Shown: in pieces, positions 53,107 to 64,000 of the stretch
How positions within the stretch are numbered: position 1 is the first letter of the stretch
Layout of the letters: each line of letters starts with the position of its first letter
NCBI RefSeq assembly: GCF_037042905.1
Contig: NC_087248.1
Span: 15,066,001 to 15,130,000, forward strand
From: Lytechinus pictus
Lineage: Eukaryota
Direction of reading: 5' to 3'
DNA length: 64,000 nucleotides
The notes under the pieces: generated by a model
The model's database searches: none
The model's input: the letters and a program-made list of their open reading frames with translations, nothing else
What the model was told of the DNA's origin: nothing
Made by a program: the position numbers and the translations under genes

Positions 53107-56100
53107 TCACTCCTGAACGGTCATGCAGGACTGGTAAGTTGGGACCATGAGCTTGATGTTGACGAATGCTTCTGCTCCTCCGTGTCTCTCGAGGACTTCC
53201 AAGGTCTCCTGGATCACGTCGCCCACGTTGAAGCCCTTCTGCTGTCCGTATTCGATCCCATCACCAGAATTGACTGGGGGGGGGGGGGGGAGGAGATGGG
53301 AGATATGGTGAGGATGAGCAGACGCGGAGCCGGGGGAAGAAGATGAATTATCATACCCCCCTGCCCCATTGAAGGTAAAATGTGTACACTTCATTTAGTT
53401 GAAGAAAACATAATTATGTACACTCTTTATTAAAGGGTTGAAATAATCTGTACTTAGGTCTATATGACTTGGCAAACGATTCGCCAACTATTTCAATCCC
53501 AATATAAACGTGCGGTCTAGCTGAGTTTTACATTATCTTAATCAATGCTATGGAAATGCTACAGAAAGTTAATTTGAATAAAAAGAGAAAAATTCAACAA
53601 GCATAACACAAAAATTTCATCAAAATCGGATATGAAATAAGAAAGTTATGACATTTTAAACTTTCGCTTAATTTCACAAAACAGCTATATGCACGATCTG
53701 GTCGATATGCAAATGAAGGGACTGATGACATCACCAACTCACTATTTCTTTTGTATTTAATTACATGAATTTTTCCTCATTGTCAAGTGAAACGAACTTT
53801 TATTTCTCCCTGAACATGTAGAATTACCATTGTTCTAACATTTTGTGGTTCAGTCAAGTTGGTCCTTAATATATTGTCAAATCTATACAAATCGAAATGT
53901 TGTATAATTCAAACAATAATAAAATAAAAGAAATAGTGAGGGACATCATCAACTCTTTCATTTGCATACCACCGACCTGTGCATATAACTGTTTGGTGAA
54001 AAATATGCGAAATTTTAAAATTTCATGACTTTCTTTATTTCTTATCCGATTTTAATGAAATGTTCACCTTCATATGCTTTTTTTATTTTTCTCTACTGAT
54101 TCAAATCAAAAATTTTCTGGGGTGGACATGACCTTTAAGGAAACTGCGTAAGTAACATTTTATTCTTAACCTATTGACTACTAAATTCTGTAATTCCAAT
54201 AGACTTTGTACATGTATCACCAGGTTCCAGTTGGCAATGGGTTAAAACTCACAATTGTTTCCTCGGAAGATGTTGAGTACAGGTAAGATTTGACGGTAAT
54301 ACGGCACCAAAGCCTCGCCGACAAACTCGCCAGAGACTGCCAGTTTCTGGAGGGCCTTCAATGTGCTACAGATGACCCGCCTATCTCTCGTGTTCAAAGC
54401 ATCTGAGAATGAAATAAATTAAGGAACCCCAACATATGATTTGGAAAGCAATATTTTATCCTCATATATTTATTCCTGTCTATAATCACAATTACTGTGA
54501 TGATTTGGCTAGAAATTACAATTCACAGTTCACCCAACAATTAAGACACTCGTCAACATGCATTTTAATCCGCATACAGTTCTGACTCACAAATCTATAT
54601 CACAAATAGGCCTTTTGGTCCTGATCAGTGGCGGGTCCATGGGGGGGGGGGGCACATACGACCAGTGCCCCCCCTTGAGAGTCATAAATCAATTTTTGTT
54701 ATATGAATATGCCGTCCTAACACAAATGTGCCCCCCCCCCCCACTTTGAAAGTCACAGCATTTTGAATTTTGAATGGCCTATATAGTCTGTCGTTCGCAC
54801 ACACTTGTCGAATTTTCCTCGGGAAAATGTAGGCCCTACTCATGTAAAAAAAAATGTAAATCTTTTGGTCTCCTTCAATTATAATCATTGCATTGTCCCA
54901 GTTTTATTTGGGACGCCCCCCCCCCCTCTGTAAATCTTCTTTCTGTACATTTTGTGTAATTATACAGTCTGTATTTTAGTTTTAGTATAAGGTTGCTTTC
55001 CTTTCATGTCCGTTTGTTAATTCTGGCTCAATATTTTTTGGCATTAACTTTATTTCTTTAGGATGTATTGAGGATTCAAGCCTCGCGCTTATTACATAAT
55101 ATTGTCTCTCTATGATTTATTTTCAATACATGCCATTCAAATGACCTATCCGATCCCTCACGCTGGAAAGAACACATTGTCATAGTGTGATCACAGTGTG
55201 TTCACATAGTGGACTGTTATATGTGAAAATATCATGAAACACACTGTTAAATGCCTACATCTATAATAATGTGAATTGATTTCACCATGTCCATGATTTC
55301 ATACTGTCGCTACCTCTATGGTGTGGATATTTACACTATATAGTCATAGTAGATTAGCGATGTGAATACGAGATTCACACTGTTGAAATGCCCAAATTTA
55401 ACAGTGTGAAGGTGATTTCATATTGTGTTCCACACTGTGTCACACACTATGTCCTTTCCAGTAGGGTTATTATTATTTTTTATTTATATATTTTCATACT
55501 GTGGACACCTTTACAGTGTGGCTGTTCAAAGTGTGTTCACATGGTTGACTATATGATTATGTGATTCACACTGTTGAAATGCTCAAATTTAACAGTGTGA
55601 AGGTGATTTCACATTGTGTTCAACACTGCGTACACACTGTGGGAGACTGAGTTATTTATTTCCAGTATAGGGATGTGTGTATGGAGTGAGGGTGTGTTGA
55701 AATGCTGAAATTTAACAGTGTGAAGGTGATTTCACATTTGTGTTCAACAACACTGCGTACACACTGTGCATGGGAGACTGTGTTCTTTATTTCCAGTAGG
55801 GATGTGTGTATGGAGTGAGGGTGTGTTGAAATGCTAAAATTTAACAGTGTGAAGATGATTTCACATTATGTTCCACACTGTGAACACACTGTCGAACAAT
55901 GTGTTCTTTCCAGTAGGGATATCAGGGCATCAGGATGTAGGTCCTATTATATTACCTTTGATGGGTATGATGAGCTGAGGGATAACGGGAAGTATCTTTT
56001 GACCGCCATGTTCCAACATGTCATTGATGCCACGGCTGGCGAAGAAGTCAAAAGGATGCTCAGTTTCTCGAAGTCCCTCGAAGAATAGGGGAAGATAGTG

Positions 56101-56867
56101 GTGATAATCCAACTTCTCGATTTCTTTCTACGGATTGAAATCGAGATCGAAAGTCTTAAATTTCTACGAATCACAAAACAAATCATATCTTATCAAGTGA
56201 TAGTGAGAGGAATGAAATGATGGGAAAATAAAAACTAGAATACAAAAAATAGAGTCTTTGCCATGTAACTCGATTAAACCTCTTCAACTCGGAAAATATC
56301 GTCACTTTTTTAGGTAGGTCATCTTGACCAGCCTCTCCCCGCGGTAAATACCATTGGCGTCAATCAAATATCAATAATATTGGTTAATATATTCGATCAC
56401 AGGCCTGATTCATAAAGAAAAACGGAAGAAGTTTTAGATTATTTTCCTGAAAATTGCTTCGAACTGCCATTTTGACCGGGGGAAAAACTATGGACGACGT
56501 CTAACGTTCATAATAAAACACGATTTCTCTCTTATCGGTTGAAGGGACTTCGTCATGTTCGTGGCAGATTTTTTTTTTTTAATAAGCTTTGAGGTGATGG
56601 CAGATATAATATTTTACCTTCACTAGGTGACTCTATTTGCCAAACGTTGTCGTGCTATAGAGACCCTATATAAAGCTATCCATTTGCCTACCTTCCAAAA
56701 TATTTTGTTGCCCATGCCGTAGTGCTCCATAGCAATGGGCAGGTCACCCCTCTGATACAGTTTTCTGAAGATAGTTGGCTTCATCTCCCGTGTGCTGGTC
56801 GCTGTTTCGTTCAAAAACGGCTTATTCTTTCCCTCATGGGGCCTCTTGCGTGGACTTACTTTTAATT
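53107..56867 (-). CDS. PACRG: Parkin co-regulated gene (PACRG) family protein; exons 56692-56867, 55956-56127, 54253-54402, 53107-53273; first exon not located
   Basis: [85 protein letters not shown]; intron phases compatible. Confidence 0.9.
55155..55919. mobile_element. MITE with tandemly reiterated right end
   Basis: Left end CTGGAAAGAACACATTGT; right-end module ending TTCCAGTA(TA)GGG occurs four times. Confidence 0.6.
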
Positions 56868-57220
56868 CTGACATTGTGCAACACAATTATATCCAGAAAA
56901 TGCAATATTAATGAAAATAAATTTCAAATTTTAAGGGATCGACAAAATTTTTTACTCTTTCAATCCATTCCACATGTTGAATATATTAAGCGCGCAAATT
57001 TTAGCGCGCACAATCTTTTGTGCGCGTAGAGGTCTCCGATCGAATTATCGCCCTACTTATTTTGATACTGATAAACAAGAACACTTTTTTTGTCCATTTT
57101 ATTATCAAATCTATATGGCAGTGAGTCCAAACTTCGCGCGTGTCCATACTTCGCGGACGGTCATTATCTTAAAAAATAGCCAATATCCTTAAAATCTGAC
57201 ATCATCAACGTGAAAAGCGA

Positions 57221-57408
57221 CCTAAAATTACCCTTTGGTGTAAGTTTCTTTAGGATGAGTTCAGTATTCATGAAAATATTGGCAAAAGATCGGCAAATTT
57301 GTCACCGTTAGCGCCTAAAATTACCCTTTGGTGTAAGTTTCTTTAGGATGAGTTCAGTATTCATGAAAATATTGGCAAAAGATCGGCAAATTTGTCACCG
57401 TTAGCGCC
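57221..57408. repeat. Perfect 93-bp tandem duplication
   Basis: 57221-57313 is repeated at 57314-57406. Confidence 0.92.
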
Positions 57409-58589
57409 CGTTTTGAAGAAATCTGATATTCTCAACAAGCATCACGATATCACCATTTTGCAAGCAGAAATCATCAAAAATGTGAGTTAAATGTGGTACT
57501 AACCAATTCTATAGCATTTTGCCATCAATCTGATATAAATATTTCACTTTTTGAGCTTGAGTTTTTGCTTAAATGTCCACAAAAACTTTGGTCCGCGAAG
57601 TTAGGTCACACTTTTTCTGAACGTTCTCCAGCACAGCGCGCATTCGCCGATCGGAATAGAATTTTGAGATCGCGATACCGGCGAATTCCCTTGACCTACT
57701 TTACATTTTCGTCCATGATTTTATAGTTTACGATCTTGCCGTCAATGTGGTAACTATTTCTTGAATTGGTTTTGTATAATTTATGAATATTTTGTGAAAA
57801 ACTTTAAACCTGATGAGTATTTTTGAAAAGTGCGCGAAGTTTGGACACCCCATCATACATTGACATCAAACATTGCGAAGAAAAACATTTGGTAATTGGA
57901 GCTGACATATAATAGCAAGGCCAATCTTTTAGGGTCCACAAAAGAAAATTTACATAAAACAATCACACTCATTCACAGAAACTCCCGTGTCTTTCTCTCT
58001 ATTCCTACAATCCTAGCTCTTCCCTCTCTTTCCTCTATCTTTGCAAAAAAATTGTGTGAATTAGTGATTTATATTTATATGAATGAATGAAGTACATTTA
58101 TTTCCAATAATAAAAGCAACAATACATTTTATAAACTTGAACAAAACAATGGAGGTAGCAACTCAGAAAGCACAGCTTGTGATGAGTGCACCTTGACAAA
58201 AACAATAGTATACCCAGTTGTTGTGTGTCCGGACAGGTTGTGTGTCCGGACGATCAATTTTAGAAAGTCATTTGGAAAAATTTGAAAGCGAAGTTTCATA
58301 AATTTTTAGTACAAAATGTTAGGAAATATTATAAAGAACAAAATAGAAGATGATTACAAGTATTGAATTCATATTTTTAGTGTAATCCAAAGACAAAAAA
58401 GAAGGCTTCAAAAATATAAAGTGTCCGGACACCCGACCCCCCATCCTACATGAAAGAAACTTATCTAAACAGAGTATAATACAAAACAAGGGGAAAAGTG
58501 GGGGGGGGGGCAGGGCAACTTTATATTAAATACTTGTATGTCATTTGAAACAGAAAATAAATCGTCAAACCAATCACCCCACAACTAAA

Positions 58590-60130
58590 TATATAAGGCA
58601 AATCACAAAATGTAGGGACCAGACGTAAGTTTTTTCTTAAGTTTTTTCTTAAAGTTATTCAAAGTTGATGCATTTCTGATGTCTGTAGGTAAATTGTTCC
58701 ACTTTTTTGGACCTATAAAACGAATATTATGTTGATAAGAACAAATCCTGTGTCTTGGCAAATGAATCAAAGAAGAGGAGCGTGTATTGTATTTATATAA
58801 ATTATGATTTGTATCAAACAATACAGAAAAATTAGCAGGCATAAGCCGATTGATACACTGATAAATAAAACACATTGTTGGTAGGTTGTAATTTCTTCCG
58901 TAAAGTAAGCAGTTTAAACTCTGAGTGTAATGTATCAACTTTAGATCTTGGGCTTGCTCCAGCTATGATTCTAACTGTTTTATTTTGTTTTGTAACAAGT
59001 TTCTTTATAGGTTAGACGGAAAAGTACTACCCCAAACTAAGTTACAGTAAGACAAATATGGCAATATGAGTGTGGAATACAACATTCGCAATATATAAGC
59101 TGGTAAAAAGTAACTTAATCTGGATATAATACCAATATTCTTTGATATTTTCTTCTCTATATTTTGTATGTGAAATTTCCTAGTTAATTTTGAATCAATG
59201 GTTACACCAAGAAATTTTGTTTTTTCAACTTTAGGAATCTCAATGCTATTCATTTGTAATTTAAAACAATCAGTGTCATATTGCTTGTTACGATTACTGA
59301 AAAAATGAAGTTACACTTACGGGGGTTGACAGATAGCCTATTTGCCTGGAACCACATGCACAGTTTAGAGAGATTATCATTTACTTGTCCTTGCAAGGAA
59401 GTTAAATCTTTACCACTAAACAGTATATTTGTATCATCAGCATATAGTATGAATGATGGGATATTTGACACATTTGCAATATCATTTATGTACAATATAA
59501 ATAACAAAGGCCCTAACAAGGACCCTTGCGGAACTCCACACACAATTTTCTTAGGTTCTGACAAGCAGGTATTATATTTAGTACATTGAAATCGATTGGA
59601 GAGGTAGCTACTAAACCAACTATGTTCTATTCCTCGAATCCCGTAGTGTTTTAGTTTAGCTAACATGATCTCATGATTTATAGTGTCAAAAGCCTTTGAC
59701 AAATCAACAAAAACACCAACAAGAAAAGAATTACGTTCAAACGCGTCTACATTCTTCTTTACGATATCAGTAAGAGCCATACTTGTTGAATATTTGTTTC
59801 GGAAGCCATACTGATAGCTACCCAAAATATTACATTTATCTAGGAACTTGACAGTGCGTTTATAAACAATCTTTTCCAAAACCTTTGAAAAACAAGATGG
59901 AACAGATATAGGACGGTAGTTCGATAATTCACATTTATCACCACTCTTAAATACAGGAGTTACCCGAGCAATTTTTAGGTTTATCTGGAAAGATTCCCTT
60001 CGAAAGAGATAAATTAAATATATGGCACAGAGGTTTAAAAATTTCTTTTATTATACACTTTATGACACGTGAACTAAAATCATCAATTCCAGAAGCTGTA
60101 TTATTCTGAAAGGTGTTTACAATACTGCAT
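58590..60130 (-). pseudogene. 5'-truncated, frameshifted CR1/L2-group LINE reverse transcriptase
   Basis: NYRPISV..SKVLEK, QYGFR, VDLSKAFDTINH, GVPQGSLLGPLLF, YADDT, KFLGVTID, YCNLVWG. Confidence 0.9.
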
Positions 60131-60921
60131 ACATGATTTTAATTCCGGTGTTGGCATTGGTGTTGGTGTTGAACTTTGGATTGCTTCCCTTAGCTCCAAA
60201 TTTTATTCAGTTTATAAAACTGATGCAGATTCGGGACCATCTTCATTTTATGTTTGGTGTAATGATGGTGTAAAAATTGACCTAACACCAACACCAAAAG
60301 GTGAACACTGAACTTGAAATCACCCAGTGGGGCACGCCGCCCCGTTTTGATATCTTTGTTAAGTATATAATTTATGTTTGACTTGTCCAAGGAATTTTCT
60401 ACGGAAAATTGACTTCAAGAGTAATGACCTTTGACCTCTTTATTTTTTTTTCTTCGTCAGAAATCCCCCCCGTCCTGATTTTATCACTCTTTATTTCCAA
60501 GACTTCAAACAAAATGCAAGGGCACATCAGTTATTAAAAAATACGATCACGTGAAAATTTATACAACACTTTATATATTTTTTTAATGTCAAAGCTGAAT
60601 AAATTCCTCAGTTATAAATACTTAATGGCGCAAAAGCTTCATTTATCAAATAGTGACGATCACCATGACCACAAGAGACGGAAGGACGTTTATGATGCGA
60701 GATGATGATGGTGATAGTGATGATGATTATGACAATTTAAAGCTACAAGAATAATGATGATAAATTGATAATGAAAAAAAATAATGGTAAGAACAATAAC
60801 ACATCTAGTATCGAAAAATATAGTCTACCTCGTTGCTTTCACCAACGGTATTTAGTCTACCGTTTGCTAAATTATGCATATTATTTCAGATCAGTCGCCA
60901 TTGTGTCGAATTTATAAGAGA

Positions 60922-61525
60922 CTTAAAGGGGAATCCAGCCTTGGCCATAAAATGTTGTGTTGGGAAGGAGAAAAATAAATTAAACAGCATTGTGAAAGTT
61001 TGAAAGGAATCGGACAACCAACAAGAAAGTTATAGCTGATTTAAATCTGAGATCACTGATACTATGTAGATTTCAAATTGGCAACTGGGTAAGTAAATTA
61101 TGACAAGGGGCAAGGACAACTTTCCCATAGGCCATGTACTTTATTATCAGGGATTTGTGGTTTTCTCCTAAGTACCCATTCCCCTGGGGCAGTAATCTGA
61201 ATATAACCCAGGTAGTATATTGCTTTATGTCCTCATGAAAGAAAAATATAATTTGAAATAAAACTTTTGGGGAAAATGACATTTTAGCCATAACATGTAT
61301 TGGAGTACATGGAAGAGTAGTCCTTGCCTTACATCACTATGACATCCCATATGCGGCCAATTTGAAGTCTCCATGGGTATAGTGATTACCAATATTTACA
61401 ACTTTTAAAAATTCATAACTTTCCTGTTGTTTGTCCGATATTGTTCAATTTTTCACCTATCATCTTGTCTGATTTTTCTTTTCCTTATAAAAACAAATTT
61501 TTATTTGGGTTGGATTCCCCTTTAA
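60922..61525. mobile_element. Kolobok-like non-autonomous element
   Basis: TTAA-AGGGGAATCCA ... TGGATTCCCCT-TTAA; related decayed copy at ~39691-40083. Confidence 0.75.
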
Positions 61526-61574
61526 AAAACATCAGCGAATCTCCCTGAAAATGTTAGATAACAATAATCAAATA

Positions 61575-62610
61575 CAGCGCGTCCCCAAAAAAATGTCCCT
61601 CTGACATAGGGCTGAATTAATTCTAAAATGTGGTAGTATTCTCAAATAAATGTTCATGAGTAGAAAGCTCATTTCATGATCTAGCTTCTATACAAATTTC
61701 ATTGGTCACGCTTCAGCGGTTTTGTATAAACACTCTGTTATGTAAGAGTGGTGCATTTTAGCCCATTCCAAGTTTGCAGCATTGATGCATTTTTGCATTG
61801 TCTAAGGCATATTAACCCCCAATTTTACATCTTGGATCTGAGCAGGGACATTTCCCTAATCATATCCAGGTTCATCAAATCATAAACTTGGGCATGTTCA
61901 GACGGACAAGAAACATAAGAATTAATTTTGTTTCATGATTGATAAGGGGAATCAGTGCACCAACTTGGAAAGAAAATTGAATGATGGATGAGTAAAATAA
62001 GCTGAAAAATAAAGGGGAATCTGCAAAAGGAAAGGAACTTTACCAATGAAATTTTTTACTTTTTTTCTTTTAAAAAGTTACATTGAATTAAGTTAACCAC
62101 AGTAGCTTATTAACTTAAAAAGAGTAATGAAAACAAAAATGCAGAATATTAAGCATGAATCAGGCATTAAACAGACATAACCAGTTGTCCTAATCATTGT
62201 GCATCTCCTGTTATCAAACATGAAATGAACTGTCAAATTTTGTTTTTGCCCTTCTGAACATGCTCAAGGTTGTGATTTGATGAGCCTGGGTAGGTCATGG
62301 AGATTTTCCTGATCAGATCAGGGAAATTCTTGGTAAGAATGTTCAAAGGGGGATGATACAAAACCTGTATGCTAGAAAGAGCAGAACACACAGCAGTGTT
62401 GCATGCATGCAAACTTGGAATGGGCTGAAAAGCACCACTGTTACATAATAGACTGTGTATTAAAAACCACTGAAGCGAGACCAATGAAAGTTTTATAGAT
62501 GTTAGAACATGATATGAGCTTACTAATTCCATACATTTCATTGAGAATAATTTTTATTTTTTGAAGTAATTCAGCCGCGTATCAGAGGGACATTTTTTTG
62601 GGACGCGCTG
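61575..62610. mobile_element. Tc1/mariner-like non-autonomous element with long imperfect TIRs
   Basis: TA-CAGCGCGTCCC..AAAAAAATGTCCCTCTGA ... TCAGAGGGACATTTTTTTGGGACGCGCTG-TA; inverted similarity extends ~200 bp inward. Confidence 0.8.
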
Positions 62611-62754
62611 TATAACAAAAAATCAATAAAAAATATAATGTTCTTTAAGTGAACAAGCGCTACCGCACTCCATGTTTGTTTGTTGAAAAGGGGTTTTGGG
62701 GACCTTATTAGATAAGACAGCCATTGGTTATGTGAAGAGGACGTGGAGGTGCAG

Positions 62755-63032
62755 CCCAGGGCCCCGTTGTACAAAGAGTTACGATTGATCCAATCAATCG
62801 TAACTCTATGGAAATCCATCAGTGTCATATTTTTTCTACAGGAAATTTGCAAAATGTCCTTTGTAATCAAAGGAGAATACCCCAAATTGTAAAGAAATCA
62901 ATAAATTTATGGATATGCATTCATATCTAGAATTTTTTTTAACAAACATGCATTTCATATGTTGACTTTGCTGGCTTTCCATAGTTGCGATTGATCGGAT
63001 CAATCGTAACTCTTTGTATAATGGGGCCCAGG
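62755..63032. mobile_element. MITE
   Basis: GGGCCCCGTTGTACAAAGAGTTACGATTGATCC ... GGATCAATCGTAACTCTTTGTATAATGGGGCCC. Confidence 0.75.
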
Positions 63033-63178
63033 TGTATCTTGCGTGGAGTGAGAATTATCTCTCAATACACCGGAGTATAATATACATTATTATATATATG
63101 CCTAATTGGTCTTTATTGCATTTGTTTTCAGACATCATAAAGTCTATCGGTTTTACTGCGAAGTAGAATTAAAGATGT

Positions 63179-64000
63179 CTAAACGGCGTTGTCTGATTCG
63201 AAAGTTTTGTTCGAATGTGTTTTTCCAATGGAAATGTCATCAAGGGGTATTTCGGTGACGTCATTTTCTTTTTGCTCCCTCGCCAGCTCGTCAGCTGCTA
63301 TTTTGTCATCATAGGCTTTCCTATGAAAACATGGAAAAAATAAAGAATTACCAGAATGACTAAAATTGAAAATAACAAACACATCATCGGTTGGCCTAAT
63401 CAGCATCTTACATATTAAAAACCGGAGATATAATTCAATTATCACATATGTTTTCATTCTTTTCGTCTGCTAAAAGTTAACATAAAATGCGATATTGATA
63501 TACATGTATGAAATATATCTGTATGACAGCCATATCAATACTAGGGGATATTCCTTTATTTAGACTGTAATTGTTAGGCCTAGTAGGAATTTGAATTTTT
63601 ACAGTCATATAATTATGGACGGGCAGTCGTCGATCACCCCTTACTAGTAATTTTTAAAGTGGAGAAAAAAGGAGAAAATATATATTAAGAGAAAGGGAAT
63701 AAAGAAGGAAAGGGAGACTACCGAAAAAGTTATGAGTCATGTTAATACCCCTATTATACAGTTGAGAACCAAAAAGGTCGTCACCATTTTGCCCTGGCGC
63801 CGCCCCTACAGAAATATTAGACAATGAATCAACTTACGTTCCGAAGATTTCCCCCTCTTCAACGGTTTCCGGTAGTTTCTTGCCTCGCGTCTCGGGGAAG
63901 AGAAGGGAGAGAAACCCAGCCAAGATGGTGGTGGTTCCAAAGATGATAAGAGGAGCGGGGTAATAGTAGTCCCCTAGGATGAGGATCAGGGGTGAAACAA
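63179..64000 (-). CDS. 3' end of an SLC22 (organic cation transporter-like, MFS) gene; exons 63838->64000 and 63179-63320
   Basis: SPLILILGDYYYPAPLIIFGTTTILAGFLSLLFPETRGKKLPETVEEGEIFG is the last TM helix plus the PET..LPET signature; splices in frame to a terminal exon. Confidence 0.88.

Noticed and set aside
57690-57720. Candidate first PACRG exon (ATGGACGAAAATGTAAA|GTAGGT on the minus strand)
   Set aside because: Its phase (2) does not match the next exon (phase 1).

Overview
Eukaryotic, AT-rich, intron-containing animal DNA. A SURF1-type SINE and the MITE repertoire suggest a sea urchin (inference). Host genes reconstructed by hand from splice sites and protein similarity recalled from memory: NSUN4 (+, 5 coding exons), FANCG (-, 14 coding exons, 11035-37666), LSM10 (+), COX17 (-, absent from the ORF track), a divergent PACRG (-) and the 3' end of an SLC22 transporter (-). 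There are also two decayed LINEs, several SINEs and many MITEs. The main finding is an intact, very young 12.2-kb Ty3/Gypsy LTR retrotransposon (21543-33772; 371-bp LTRs with one mismatch seen) inside a FANCG intron. Its Gag starts with a ComEA-like helix-hairpin-helix. Pol is reached by a GGGAAAC -1 frameshift plus an H-type pseudoknot, and its integrase ends in a PHD finger of the H3K4me3-reader type. In the env position is a third ORF encoding a TatD-family DNase with all metal ligands intact, whose ATG sits directly behind a strong splice acceptor. Candidate donors exist in the 5' LTR and, in frame, inside gag. Separately, a 136-bp x8 tandem amplification in the last FANCG exon appears to have replaced the ancestral C-terminus. 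No searches were run, so novelty claims need database checking.
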